Of a stretch of DNA of 64,000 nucleotides, positions 12,491-27,054 are shown one piece after another. Within the stretch, counting starts at the first letter, position 1. Each line of letters starts with the position of its first letter. A model generated the notes under the pieces. It was not told the DNA's origin and made no database searches. It saw only the letters and a list, made by a program, of their open reading frames with translations. The stretch comes from Geosiphon pyriformis uo1 (lineage: Eukaryota; Fungi; Glomeromycota): the NCBI GenBank assembly GCA_016748015.1, contig JAAOMT010000776.1:248001-312000 (forward strand), read 5' to 3'. The position numbers were made by a program, and so were the translations under genes.

Positions 12491-13647
12491 ATGCATTGAG
12501 TTTTTGAATCAAGCTTTAATATCATGAGTTAACAGTATCTTAAAAAAAGTATGAGATTGTCTGTAATGCTCTGGCATTATTCCATCTATTAGCTGTGATG
12601 GCTTTTTCCACATTGTTGAGCCAGACTTGTGTATTATCCTCTTTGTTAGTAAATTTTTCAAGTTTTGCAATTGGTGTATAGACTATTGATGTGAGTAATA
12701 GTTGTGGTTGTTGTTGTTGAAGTTGTTATTGGGGTGGTAGTTACAGCTGTTGTTATAATTCAATAATTGGTACAACTGGTGGTAAATTGATCACAATTAC
12801 TGGAGATAAGTTTTGAGAAACAATAAAAGCAGGATTTGAATTGTTCTGATTTTGCTGGGTTGAAATAATCAGAGTTTGAATTTCCAGGTTTTCTGAAATC
12901 AGGTTTTGGTAATTAAATTCTTGATTTTCATCTTTTTTTTCTTTTTTAGAGTTAGTTTTTTCCCAAGAACTAGTAGCTCTAAAATTGGGTTAAAGTGGTG
13001 GTAATTGAAATTTTAATGGCATTAGTAATTGCAATTTAAATTTTTCAAAGAAATTACCATAAGTTTTCAATAAATCAGCTTTTTTTTGTTGGTTTTAAAA
13101 CATTATTCTTGCTGATAATAATGTATTTTCTAATAGTATATTGATAGTACTTCCAGACATATGATAATATAATAGATAAATAAATAAAACTACCTTTGGT
13201 TTCTTTCAAGTAGATGGTTGTATTTTTTTTGGTGTTCCTGCTAGTATTTGTAATTTTTCTTTGCTTTTGTCTGCATAGATAATGGAAAATCTTTGTTGGA
13301 TGTAACTTTCAATTCTTTGGTTAATTTCAATAATAATGAAAGCAAAGTTGTGATTTAATGATAAGTTGATGTATTGAATTAATTTAGTATAGAAATTTTT
13401 TCTTGCTGATTTAGTATCAGTTAATTCTCCTAAAAAGTATGTGATTTTGTCATTAACATAACAATTAAAGACTGATTTGGCTGGCCAATAATTGCTAGTT
13501 AATTCTAATTGTTAGTAGTATTGTTGGAATAGAGATTTCGCAAATTCCAAGTAATTTGTTCTTATTACTTCTGATTCTGCTATTGTTTTAAATAATTGTT
13601 GCTAGTGCTGGTTCTCTGTTAGATTATATTTCACAGAAAGCACCAAA

Positions 13648-14540
13648 TATTACAGGTGATTATTTAGGGTGTTAGTACAAATAACAAACCTGTAACTTGG
13701 TGCTTAATAGCTAGTATGATTGGTAATTTCTACAGGTTTTTATATTTGAAGATTTTGGTTGAAGTTCTTTGTATAATGAACAGAGATTTAATAATTGTTT
13801 CAGTAGTCTTTCAGAATGAGTATTTTGTTAAATTTCTTTCTTCAACATAGTGGCCAGTTTATTTTAGCAGTTATGTTCTTCTAATAAGCTATTCTTAAAT
13901 TTCTAAACTCTATACTTTTATTTCTGAGTCTTTTATCAGACTATTTTTAACATTAATTAATTAGCACTTAATCTCTTAAATCAGTTAGTAAATAACAAAC
14001 AACAAAAAAAATAAAAAAAATAACAGAAATAAAGAAAATAAAAAAAGAAAATAAGAAAAGAAAATAAAAAATTAATATACTATCAATAGCCATGATCAAG
14101 AGCTATTGTTCCAGTATAATTAAGTATTGAATGTTATCAACATAAAATGTTGATAACAGATAAGTAATAGATATTATTAATCAAACAATAATAACATGGA
14201 TTGGATGATAATAAGTATGTTTTATTAAATAGTTAAATAAATTCACTTTAGTTAATAGTAATTATCTGTAAAGTGAAAGTTAATTAATAGATAAGAAAGG
14301 AGATGCTAAATTAAAACTGAACTGAATACTTTTCTTGCTTCTAATATTACTGCTATATATATATAGTTGATATTATACAAAATTCCTGAAATTCTGCAAT
14401 TTTTTTAGAGGAATCCTGGAATTCTGAGATTCTAAAATCTTGCAATTCTTTTAGAAAAATTCTAGAATTTTTTTATTACTATACTTACTTCTAATTGGCT
14501 ATTTTTCTAACTATAATATTCTTAATTTTTATGAGTAACA
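13648..14540 (-). repeat. 5' LTR of copy B
   Basis: TGTTACTCAT...CCTGTAATA on the minus strand, followed by the PBS. Confidence 0.9.
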
Positions 14541-17500
14541 ATATTCTTTCAACAGATTTTTGTTTATTAACTAGATAAGTCTTTTGTAATCTGTAATAAT
14601 ATCAAATAGGTAACATAGAAAATATTGTTTAAAATATTTTATGGCCTATATAATCACAAAACATCTTACTTTATAAGCTATATAATTTTTTTGGCTATGT
14701 TTAAACTTCTACTAACATATATAACTATGTGTTTTTTTCTTTTTTGTCTTGTTGTAATAACATAATACTTAGATTTGTTTTAAAGACATTAGTTATAAGT
14801 ACAAATTTTTTGGTAAAGTTAGAGTATATTAAAATGAAAGTTTTAGTAAGTTTTTGTCTTGGGTAATTAAATATTTATTCTTGTTTTTTACTTTATTTTT
14901 GTGTTATATTTTTAGCTAATAATTAATTTAACAGTTAAAACACTATTAAAAAGTCTTTAACAAACTTTTAATAATATGAGGCAAGTTTTAAAAATTCACA
15001 AAGTTCAGTCAGATTCTAAGAATAAAAAAAATTTTTGATTTTTTTGATTTTTGTGGAATCAGGTTTTATTTCTTTTTTTTTAATAATATGCTTTAGAAAA
15101 ACAAGTTGTGATTTTTTAAAAAAACATTTTTTAAAATTAAGTTTCAGTCTAGTGATCCAAAGTTTTTCAAAAACTTGCTATAGATATTTAAGATGTTTTT
15201 TAAATGTTGATAAAAACACATTTGTGTTGTTCAAGTAGACCACTATAGATTTTCACAAAATTTTGAAATAAACAACATCTATTAGCCATTAAAATATTGC
15301 AAAAATATTGGTTAATCTGAATAATATTACATTAAATTTATAATTGCCATTTTGAATTATAAAGATAGTCTTTTTTTAATCATTAAAATCTATGGCTACT
15401 TGCCAATATTCACTAGCAAAATCTAGAGTATTCAAAATTTCATTAATATGTAATAAAAAATAAATATCTTTCTTAGTAACATTATTAAGTTTCTTATAAT
15501 TAATACAGAATTGGATTTTTCTATTTTTTTTTATACTAAAATAATAGATAAAGACCAAGGGCTTATAGAAAATTGTATAAGTCTGTTTTCTAATATTTGA
15601 TTAACTTCTTTTTTTTATAAAATTATGTTTAAATGGTGGTATTTAGTAAGCATATTGCTTAATAGATAACACATTTCTTGTATAAATCTAATAATGAACC
15701 AAGTTAGTTTGTTTAAACTCATTTTTTTTGGCAAAAATGTCTAAATATTTTAAGATAAATGCTTTTAATTGTTTTTGTTATAAAAAATCTAGTAATCTAA
15801 GATTGAACTTAATTAATTTTTTATTAGTTATTTGGTAGTATTTAATACTTGGCCTTGACAGAATTGGTTCAATTTCACAATGTAACACCAATTAAAAAAA
15901 GTCAAAAATTTTTTGGAGTTTATGTTAATTTGCAATATCTGTGCTCAGATATTCTAAGACTGTATTTTCAAATAAGTATATAGTTTTTTTGAATAAATTG
16001 TAAATAAGTATTTTTATTTACAGATAGCTATAGCATAATATATACAAATTAATAAAACCAATTGGAAATTGTTTACAAAAGAGAACATGTAGTTCAAATA
16101 AGAGATTTTTTTTGTTGTCTTTTTATATATGTTAAGTAAAAACATTCCGAATAGTAAAATTGTAATTATTCTATTAATTCGAATTATGTTTGAGTTTTTT
16201 GGCATTATTTCTATATAGTCAATAGATAGTATAACTGTTTTTGTGGAACTAAGATTTTAAGTTTCATATTTGGTCTTTCCTAGCTCTTTTTAGGTCTTAA
16301 TAGTAATTAATCTAGTGATTTAAAGTAAAAATAAAAAAATTGTTTGTGCAATTCTTTCTTTTGGTTTAATTATATATAATTAGTTTGATTTATTGTATAA
16401 TAGGACTATAAGATTTTTTATGTATTTGGAATTTATAATTTTTTTTTAATATTAATTTTTTTTTTGGCTAAACTAGATTAAAAAACTATTTGTACTATGA
16501 CTCTAATTAATATTTCAAATGATATTTTTAGATTAATTATGATAATAACAAATGGTTTTAATATTAGTGTTTGGTTTTTAGAATATTAGAAATTAAATTT
16601 AGCATTATTTAGATGTGTCTATCTTGGAAAAATTCTTTGGTTGTTATTAATAAAGCATTTAATGTTTAATTTTTGTTGGAAATTAATAAAGATATGTAAG
16701 TTGTTTGATAGTATTTCTAGTATTTGTAATGTTGTATTTCTTGTTTTATAGTTTGAATAATTTCCAAATTAAACTGTTTTTTCAGATAGTTTGAATTAAG
16801 ACTAATAGTCAAAACCTTATTGTAATTAACAAGAGATTAAACAGTTCTTACACAGATAAATATTTATCTACATAAGATATTGTTCTTGTTTTTTTTGTAT
16901 TAAACAAAATTTTTGATAGTAGTCTTAAAATTTTTGTAGAGAGTCTAAAAAATTATATCTAATAACTTTTTTGATAATTTTTACAAGTGCCTTTTAATTT
17001 CGAATTTCTTTGGCCATTTTATCTTGTATGTTTGTTTTAGTCATATTATATAGTTGTTTAGTATTATATGAGTAATAATATATGCAATTTAGAACTTTAT
17101 TATAAGTGGTGTTAAAGTGGGTTCTTTTTTTTATCCAATTAATAATAAAAATAATATATTAACAAATAAAGTTATATATGGCTTCTTTAAATTATATATT
17201 AATCCAGTTGTATTTATTGGGTAAGATTTTTTTACATGTAATACAAAAAGTTTTGTTCTATTTTTCTGATTGTTTTGGATACCTATACATTTTTTTGTAA
17301 TATTAGTTATAATAGTAGTAAGTAGTCTGTTGGTTATTTTCATATAAAGTAATACAAACTGTTATAAAAGATAGTTTTTTCTGGCAAATTAAACATTGTA
17401 ATCTTGGTTAATGACTTAAGTAATATTAGATACAAGGAAAATACAATAATATAAAGTTAAAAGTTTTGTTAGTCCACTTAAAAACAGATGGTAGTTTTTT

Positions 17501-19086
17501 ACAATTGTTCTTATCCTACTCAACTTAATATGTCTTAATGGCTTTTATTTCCAATATTTCTTCAAATTCGAACTAAAGTAGATTGTTTGTGTGGAAATCT
17601 CTTTTAAAATATCTATACATAGCAGATACTTATGTGTATTGTCCCTAATATATTAGTTGTAACTCTTAAATTAATTAATTTAAAATAATATTTGTTTTTT
17701 CTAATTAATTATTTCTAACTAGTGCTTGATATTAAGTTGCATTTATAACTAATATTTTAGTGAGAATAATTATTCTATTTATGTCAAAAAAAAAAGTCAA
17801 TTTCTCTAATTGGCATTTTTTTGGTTCTATTTGCAGTAATAATAAAAATACTGGTGTTTTTGTCAATTTAATAACTTAATTGATTTATTAATTGAAAAGT
17901 AATAATGCTTTCTGCTAATTCACTGTTTAAAACCAGTTTGATGGATTTACCATCTGCTTTATCTCAGTATACATGACAGTAATTGGCTTATCTTCATTTA
18001 AAGTGGCTCTGCTAAACAAAATAGAAGTGAATTCTTTTCTTTAAGTTCAAAAAAAATATAATTGTTATTAAGTTTGGTATATAACATAATGTTTCCATTA
18101 AAATTACTATTAGTAGCTATTACTACACTAATCTTTTAAGGAGAATTTTTGTTATATTTCTATACTTCTAATTATGTCTTTTTTTGAGGCTTCTGCAAAA
18201 ATACTTTTTTTATTTTGTATTAATATTAAATGTTTGTATTTCTTTGCTTGTAGTAAAATAGTACTTTATTTTTAATAAATTTAAAAAGAATTAAAATAAA
18301 AGGTAAAATTCAACAAAATTAGTATTTATAAAATAATCTTAATTAAAGATTATTTTTTCAAAGATATAAAGAGCTTATTCCAGATTTTTAAGTTAATTGT
18401 TAATTTTGGCCAAGATATTACAAGTATTTTCTAGGTGATTTCATGTATTTAAGATTCTTTTAATGTATTTTTAATTTAAGCTTGAACTTTTTTCATGGTT
18501 TTATTAACATGTTGGATGTTTTTATTATTGTTTTTCCTTAATAAAAAAATGATAATAAAAAAGAGATAGTGACTTTTTCAATCATTTATAAAAGATTAGA
18601 TTATAAAAAAAAAAGATTTCCAATTTTACTGATCTTAATATTAATAGATAATACAAAGCTTGGCAAACATACTGTTTAATTTTTTTTGAGATTATAATCT
18701 AATTCTTTTACTTTTTTTTGTTTTTATTTTGTCTAATTGACTTTTTGTTCTTTTTTATTTTTTTTTTTTGTCTGTTTTTTTTTCTAGTTAGAAAGCTATT
18801 ATATATATACATATTTCGAGTTATACATAATTATGTTTATTTTAACTAATTAATAAGTAATTGCTAAATTATTGGGTTTTTTGTTTAACTATAAATCTTT
18901 TTTAGCTTACTTGTTTATAATTACATTAAATTGGATGTATTTGTACAAGTTTTATATACTATTGTGTACATGTTATGTTTTCTAATTTTATTTATTAATC
19001 TGTGCTATTTATACTGTTATTTAATGATTGATTAATATATTATGATATTATTACTTTTAATTTTTGTTAATTTCTATTAGATAACA
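14541..19086 (-). mobile_element. Ty3/Gypsy copy C, highly decayed (RNase H, RT, dUTPase, Cys-rich, protease remnants; partial LTR ~18790-19086); host of copy B
   Basis: RT remnant 15376-15558 (KKNRKIQFCINYKKLN, EYWQVAID); protease remnant KLVLNSELAESII at ~17900-17945; LTR-like start TGTTATCTAATAG at 19086. Confidence 0.7.
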
Positions 19087-20625
19087 GTATTTTACAAAGT
19101 TTTAACCAGAAAAGTTCTTTTTGTTGTAGAAACAGCTAGGCAAAATGTCTTAGAAGTTTTTTTTTTAACTAATAATAGTAAAAAGCTGTCTTTAATAACC
19201 ACTAAAACATTTTTTCTATCTTTGAGTAGTTTTTTATTAATTAAAGTTCTTTCAAAGAGACACATTTGTATTAGTTTTAATATTGTTTCTATCTTTATCA
19301 AAAGCCTAAAAGTTTTTAATAATAGGCCAGTTAACAAGCTAGTTTTTTTAACTATTGCTGTTATATCTGATGTTATTAGCACTATTTCTTTGAAAATAGC
19401 CAGAAAAACCAAGAATTTTAAAATGCAAAAACAGTCATTCATTTTTATTATTGTTATATTAAACTTCTTTGTAATTTTAGATAAGATCTTAGATAAAATT
19501 TTTATTATATTATCCAGTATATTATTTAAAATAGGCCAAAATTAACCACTGGTTGTGTTGTTAAATGTGGTTTCTTTCAACAAATTATTACTAGTGTTAA
19601 AAGCAAAACAATAGTTTTCTGTTGAATTACTTGTTTTTAAGAACTAAACTAATTAAATAGAAATTAATTCATTTTTTCTGCTGGTTTCTGGTGCTGTTAC
19701 TAGTAATATTTGGGAAATTATATCTAGTTATCAAAGTTTTACTGAATAAATGGCCTTTATTTTAGTGTTTAATACTATTTTTAAGATCAAATTGGCTTAT
19801 ATTAAAGCTGTTTTTCAGTTTGTGCATGGTTTTTTGAATACTAAATCAATATTAAAAAATAATATAAAGCTTTTTTGCATGGAATTTGCTTCTTAAAAGT
19901 TTTTAAAAACTGTATTTCTAATTGAGATCATAAGTTTTGTTTATCTGATTATTTTTAAAATTGCCAAATTTCTAATGGTTTCTAAATTTGGTTTTTTTTG
20001 CTGCTGTTGCTTTGTATAATATGTCTTTAAATATGTCTGCTGTTAATATTAAAACAGTATTTAGTGTTTTTAGTAAGATTGTTTATATTGTATTAAAACT
20101 TATTGTTGTTTATTTTAAAAAGCTAAATGTTAATATATCTGCTTTAAATTATTAGTTAGTATTGGTAAACAAAGATAGTATTGGAATCTTCTTTTTGATT
20201 AATTAAAATAAGACTATTTTGTCTTATAATAAGTTTAAGACCAAGTTGGTTAATCTTTTTTTGGTTGTATTGTCTTTGAGATCAATAATACAATCTTTTA
20301 AATTAGTAATTAAACTTGTTTTATTTTCTACTTTTCTAATTTTGGTTACTATTTCTGGTTTGCTTTGGTTATATTTGAATTTCAAACTAATTTAAATATT
20401 ATGATAATTAAAATTAATATACTAAAAAAATATTATATCTAATAAAAGACTTCTGGTTGTTAATGATATTTTAAGTATTAAAAAATAAGTTATTTGGCTG
20501 TAAATTATAAGGTGTTTTCATCTTTTTCTTCCAAAAGTTCCAAGATTTTTAAGATATTTGCACCATATTTTGTGAATACTGTTATAAATAATTATTTGAG
20601 ATAATGGTACAAATAACAAACTTGT

Positions 20626-21356
20626 TATTATTCATAGAATATAGAAAGTATATTAGTAAATAAATTAATCAATCAGAAATAGATATAGTAAATGTGAAAT
20701 TCCAGAATTTCTGGTGTGAAGAATTGAGGAATTAAAGAATCTTAATTATGTATATATAATAGTAGCATTAGAAGTAAAAAAAACAGATCTCTTAGTTTAG
20801 ATTTAATTTAAGCAACCTTTCATATCACAAATATCAATAAATAATTATTCATTATCTCAAATCTACTCTTCATTATCAACTCTTCATGTTAATAGTAACC
20901 AATGCTTGACCACACTAGAACAATAGCTCTTAATCATGGTTATTGATGAGATACTAACATTCATTGTCTTGGCTTATTTTTTTCTTTTTTTTATTTTCTT
21001 TTCTGTGTTATTTTGTTATTTTTTGTTGTTGATTAATTGATTAAAAAGTAAAGCACTGAATTATTAACATCAAAGATAGCCTGGTAAAAGACCCCAAAGG
21101 AAGAGTATAAAGTTTGATAATTTAAAAATAGCTTACCAAAAGAGCATCTCTGCCAGATTACTGGTCACTATGCTAAGAAAAAAATTCGACAGAATTGTAA
21201 TTTTGGGAGACTATTAAAACATTATTGAATCTCTGTTCATTATACAAAAAACTCCAATCCAAACTTTTAGATCACAAAAATCTTTAGAAACCAACACTAT
21301 TACATTAATTGAGCACCAAGTTATAGGTTTGAGACCCCAAATAATTACCTGTAACA
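20626..21356 (+). repeat. 5' LTR of copy D
   Basis: Matches 35833-36688; ends CCTGTAACA before the PBS. Confidence 0.92.
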
Positions 21357-21358
21357 TT

Positions 21359-21375
21359 TAGTGCTCTCTGTAAGG
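21359..21375 (+). promoter_or_regulatory. Primer binding site (consensus TGGTGCTCTCTGTGAGG; probably elongator tRNA-Met)
   Basis: 2 nt after the LTR end; same motif at 54818 (+), 13645 (-), 63971 (-) and 47422 (-). Confidence 0.75.
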
Positions 21376-24300
21376 TATAATCCTACAGAGAACTAGCACT
21401 AATAACAATTATCTAAATGTGACAAAATCAGAAAGAATAAAGACAAACCATTTAGGATTTACCAAATTTTTATTTTAGCACTATTGTCAATATTTGAGAT
21501 TAATCAACAATCACTTATTAGCAGAATCAGTCTTCAATTTCTACATTAATGAAAAAATCTCATATTTACTAGAAGTATCAATAAAAACCAACTTTGCAAG
21601 AAAAAATTTTTACAACAAATTAATTCAAAATACCAGTCTACCAGCAAATCATAATTTCACAGCAATTCTCACTGAAATCAATAGAAAAATTGAACATTAT
21701 ACTCAACAAAGATATCCAATCACCTATACAAACAAAGGCAAAAGAAAACTACAAACATCAGCAATAACACTTTAAAAAATACAACTACCTGCTTAGAAGA
21801 AAACAAGAGTAGAATCCCCAACCAACCTATCATATCACTATACATCCAGAAGTGCCATCAACATTTCATCACTAGGCACGTCCACCTTAAACATGAAACC
21901 ATTATCAATTCAATTTCTATTCCAAAGTAAACAAAAGAAAGCAGAATTATTAGGAACCTACAGCAATTATTTTGAAGAATTTAAATTATGATCACTAATA
22001 CCATCAGAATTTTAATCACCATTATCTTTACCAGATTTTGGAACTGCAAGTCCTTGGAAAGTGACAGAATCTGAAGAAGAAGAAGACAAGAATTGAGAAT
22101 TTAATTATCAAAACCTGATTCCAGAAAATCCGAAAATCAAAACTCTAAATATTTGAACTCAGAGAAATCAGAACAATTCAAACTCTGACATAATTAATTA
22201 ACAATACTTACCTCCAGCAATTGTAATCAATCAACCACTAATTGGACTGATTGCTGAACCAATTCAATAGCCACAAATACCACCTCAGCAACAATTACAA
22301 CAGTCACTCCAACCATTACAACAACCACTATAACTGCCACTTGTAGCTTTAATAACATATGCTCCAATTGCAAAAATCAAAAAATTTACTGGCAAAGAGA
22401 ATGATGCTCAGGTGTGGCTAAACAATATTAAAAAAGCCATCACAGCCAACAGATAGAATAATGCCAGAGCCATGCAAGCCATTCCATACTTTCTACAGGA
22501 TACTACCAATTCATGGTATTAAGACTTAATCAACAGACCCCAGAACTTTAACACATTCAAGCTTGAGTTTTTACAATACTTTAGTAACAATAATAGTATT
22601 AACCTACTGGCAAATATCTTCCTTATCATTAAACAAAGAGAAAATAAAGCAATTACTATCTACCTAGGACACTTTTATAAAAATCTGCACCAAATTCAGG
22701 CAATCCAAGCTGATTATTTCACAGTACTACAAATTCTAAATCAATTTATTAGAGACCTGCACAGTAGCATCTTTTAATGTATATGTCCATTATATTCAGC
22801 AGATCTTTAAGCTGCAATCACAAATACCAGGGATTTTGAAGCAGCTAAACTCGAAGCTAATTACACCCAAGCTGTAAATCTAGTAATAAATGGATTATCT
22901 GACTTGGATTCTAAACTAAAACAATTTAGTAACACAATTAACCAGAAATTAGAGAGATACTTAGCTAACAATAATAGCAATCAGGCCATCTATCAAACCT
23001 CACAATGGCAAAATAATTAAGAAAACTTCAATCATTCCCAAAATCAATCATATTTATTAGTTTTAACCAATCAACAGTGGCAGCAGAAAATGCATGTGTG
23101 CCACTATTATGGTAAACAAGAACATCTGCAATTTGAATGTCATAAATAATTAAGTAATCAATAATTGGATAATCAGTATTGAAACTTCGATTGCTGACTC
23201 CAAACTCAGAATTATGTCAGCCAAAGTATCAAGCATCAATAACACAGCAATTATACTCACCTCCAATATATCAACTGGCAATATCTGTAATATATTAACC
23301 ACCACAGCCACAACTAGTTTATCAACTTCAATCCATTCAAACACTGCCACAAATAATTGTGCCCAACAGAAATCAAAGGCCAAAAACTATTCAACAAAAC
23401 TGGAGATTGGCAATAGTTGTTTATTAACTAATTCCCAGCACATTTCAACAACCCTTAGAATCATGTTCAAAAAATTTGGGAACTAAGTATGCCCAAAATC
23501 CAAGTTCCCAGAACTATTTAAGTTTCCTGGTTACTCCAGAAAATGCCTCACCCAACAACTTGAAAACAAACCAGAAACCACTTACCAGCAACATTCTACC
23601 AGCAATTGTCATCAACGATGAGTTATTAGCAGCAATTTTTCCTTTTGAGATCAAAAAACCAACTGAAGTATTTTTTTTTAATAGAGCTGCTTTTGATGTG
23701 AAACTCATTACCACAATGTACACAGATGTCAAAGTTGATAATCAGTTCATCAAACTGATTTTTAACAGTAGATCAGCAGGCAGCATCATCACATGACAAC
23801 TCATAAACCAATTAGGTTGCCAAGTTAATCACACTACCAGTGCCAGAATTATTATAGCTGATAAAGTAACCAAAACTCCTATAGGTAAAATTAATGACTT
23901 CTCATTTGAGGTCAATAGTATTATTGTATCCATCAAGGTTTTTGTGATGGAAGCAACCCAATATTAAGCACTAGTGAGTAACAACTGATTGTCTAAAACC
24001 AATGCAGTACTTGATTGGACTATATAGGAACTTCAACTCAGTCAGAAAAGACAACATACATGTGTACCAGCCATATGTGGTTACTTCAAAACTACCCACA
24101 TCCAAGCACCACTGATTGAGTTTGAAGAAAAAAAAAAAAACCTACCTGAAAAGCCTACCAAGTTTTGTGGACCAACACTGATCACAACAAACTGCTACCA
24201 GTACTCTCTTGGAATGACAAAGAAAAAAAAAAAAGAGGACAAACCCAAAGAAATCACAGCCACAGAAGAAATAACCAGTGGCTGGAAATAATTATACTTA

Positions 24301-26398
24301 CATGAACTTATCAAAGAACCACCATATATCTCTCTTAAGTGCCAAGATTGCAGCAAGAAACTTTCTTCCATGAGAGCTTGAATAGTATTCAATAAAGACT
24401 ACTGGATATGAATCCACTATTACTGCAAATCATGCCACAAAGAATGATATGGCTATTCAAAACAACAAAACAAGTAGGACAATGAATCATGTTTCATTTG
24501 TGGAGAACAGTTGCTCAATAAAAGAATATGAAATGACATTTCTGGTCGAAAAGAAACATGCAACACTTTGTGCCAGTACATGATTCTCATTAGTGACTGG
24601 GTAAGTTGTGGGACTCCTATTACTGCAGTCTGGCACCGAGCAATTTTTTGTTTGAACAGTTACTCACATGACGAAGACAAGATCTGGTGAATGGCAAATG
24701 TTAAAATTGAAAAAGCCATAATTAGCAAAATCTTGGAAATTAAAAATAATCCTCCAAAACCAGTTAATATCATCTTTATCCCAAATTCAGATGCTTTTCT
24801 TGACATAGAGACAAGTTCAGAAGAGTTTTACAAACACTATCAGAATTTAACATTCACAAGAGAAGAGCAGAAACAGTGTTTAAAACAACTAAACACCTGA
24901 CTATGTGACCATTATTTGATTCCATGTGACTTTTAATATTGTAATGAGTGTGATCTCATTTACAATCCACTATCACACATGATCTACACAATCTTAGAGG
25001 AAGAAAAACCAATTAGCAACTGTGCATCAGAATTGGAATTAATTTTTAATCCCAATTCAAACTTTGACAATAACAATGACAATAATAACAGTTCCAGTTC
25101 TATTCAAAATAGCAACCAAAACAACAACAATTTAAACTCTGATTCAAACTCCAAACAATATATTGCACTCTCTGATCTTACCAAAAAGCAAAAACTGAAA
25201 TAGTTCAACAATAATAATGAAAATATCATGTCAGAACATGTACATAATACCAATACAAGTTTGATCTGAAATATCCAGTAAAGGAGGCCATTAAATTGGA
25301 ACCATATTTGCACATCTGTATTGATCTAAAAGTAGCACTAGAAATTTCAGCAACAATAATGGTTCAATTAACATCTAGGAGTAGTTTAATGAAAAAGAGA
25401 ATCAACATCAAAGGAAAAATAATTGACACAGAATATGTAGAAAATATCATTGCAATGTTACAGAATAATTCAGAAAAGATCTATATTATAAAGCCAAATA
25501 AAAAGATAGCACAGGCAATATTTCTGTCTTTGATTAAAGTAGCTTAATTAGTGTTAGTAAAAAAAAGAGAAAAATTAGGGATTACAGCTAAAGAGATATA
25601 AAGATTTAGATCCACAGTATTACAGATGATTATTTGGGGTTTCAAATCAAATAACAAATCCGTAACTTAGTGCTCAATTGATTTAATAATATTGGTTTAT
25701 GATGGTTTTTGTGATCTGAAGATTTTGGTTGAGTCTTTTGTATAATGAACAGAGATACATTATGGCTGGTTTTGGTTGATCTTTCAAGTCATTTTTTCAA
25801 TTTCTGTCTTCAGCATAGTGGCCAGTTTATTTTGGCAGTTGTGCTCTTCTGGTAAACTATCTGTTAATTTATAAATCTTATACTCTTATTTCTGAGTCTT
25901 TTACCAGGCTATCTATAATGTTAATAACTCAGCACTTTTATTCTTTAATCAATTAGTCAACAACAAAAAATAACAAAGCAAAATAAAAAAAAAGGAAAAA
26001 TAAAAAAAAATAAAGAAATAAGTCAAGGCAATAAATGTTAGTATCTCATCAATAGCTGTGATCAAGAACTATTGTTCCAGTGTGGTTAAGTGTTAGCAAC
26101 TATTAACATAAAATGTTGATAGTAAAAAGTAAATTGAGATGACAAATAATTATTTATTGATATTTGTGATGTGAAAGGTTGCTTAAATTAAATCTAAACT
26201 AAGAGGTCTGTCTTTTTTGCTTCTAATACTACTGCTATATATACTTAATTTATGTTCTACAAGATTGCTCACATTTCCAAGCAATGTGCTATAATTTCTT
26301 GAGCAATGTGCTTACATACTAACTACTTCTCTTTTATTGGTCTACTATTTTCTATATCTGTTTTTCTTTATGAGTAATATTATTTCTTCCTTTTTTTT

Positions 26399-27054
26399 TA
26401 ATATTGAGCTCTATCAAAATCTTCATTTTGAATTATGTTAAATACTTCTTTTTCAAGTAGCATCTGTTTTACTCTACTCTTTATTTTTTCAATTTGTGAG
26501 TTGTTCATTCTTTTTTATTGGTTGATAATTATTGTTTCCATGTCAAAGTATAACAATACATCTGGGTAGTTTTAAAATATAGTGTATAGTTAATAAATGG
26601 TTTTGATGTGTAGTGTTAAGTTTGTTTTTTTTCCAATAATGTCTACAATGTTCCAGATTATCTCTTGATTGAAGATTCTCTTGGATTTGTCAAGATATAA
26701 CTTCTGAATATCTACTTTTTGTCCCAATTGATAGTAGCAGTATGATATTGGAAGTTAGTCTATTCATTAGTTCTAATTTTTTTTGCCAGTTCTTTTGTTA
26801 GAATCATGATAGTTATCTTTTCAAAAGTGTTTTTTACTTTCTCTATTATTTTATCTGACCAGTTTATTGATTGTTTTTGTGGTTGCTGGTATGGTGTACT
26901 TTTCCTTTTTTGTTTGGTGTTTTGATAACAGATTGTTTGGTTGTTGATAATAATTTCTATGTTTACTTGCTGTTGACTTAAAGCCTGAAACAATTGTTGA
27001 ACTAAAGTGTGAATATGGTTTGGTATTTCCATTTTTTTTTGTTGCTTTTGTCAT
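26399..27054 (-). pseudogene. ORF3 of copy E
   Basis: MEIPNHIHTLVQQLFQ...METIIINQ...EDFDRAQY*, homologous to copy D ORF3. Confidence 0.7.

Larger units (their letters stand above)
6728..14540 (-). mobile_element. Ty3/Gypsy copy B, degenerate: 5' LTR, gag, protease, Cys-rich domain, dUTPase, RT, RNase H; interrupted by copy A and by a solo LTR
   Basis: RT remnants 7157-7764; dUTPase DMGFDLRY at ~8860; protease remnant KLILNSE at ~10350; PBS TGGTGCTTTCTGTGA at 13631-13645. Confidence 0.9.

Noticed and set aside
23214-23486. Ser/Thr-rich ORF suggesting an overlapping gene or gag-pol frameshift
   Set aside because: Off-frame reading of the (IYQP)n linker; the real frame is hidden by C>T stops.
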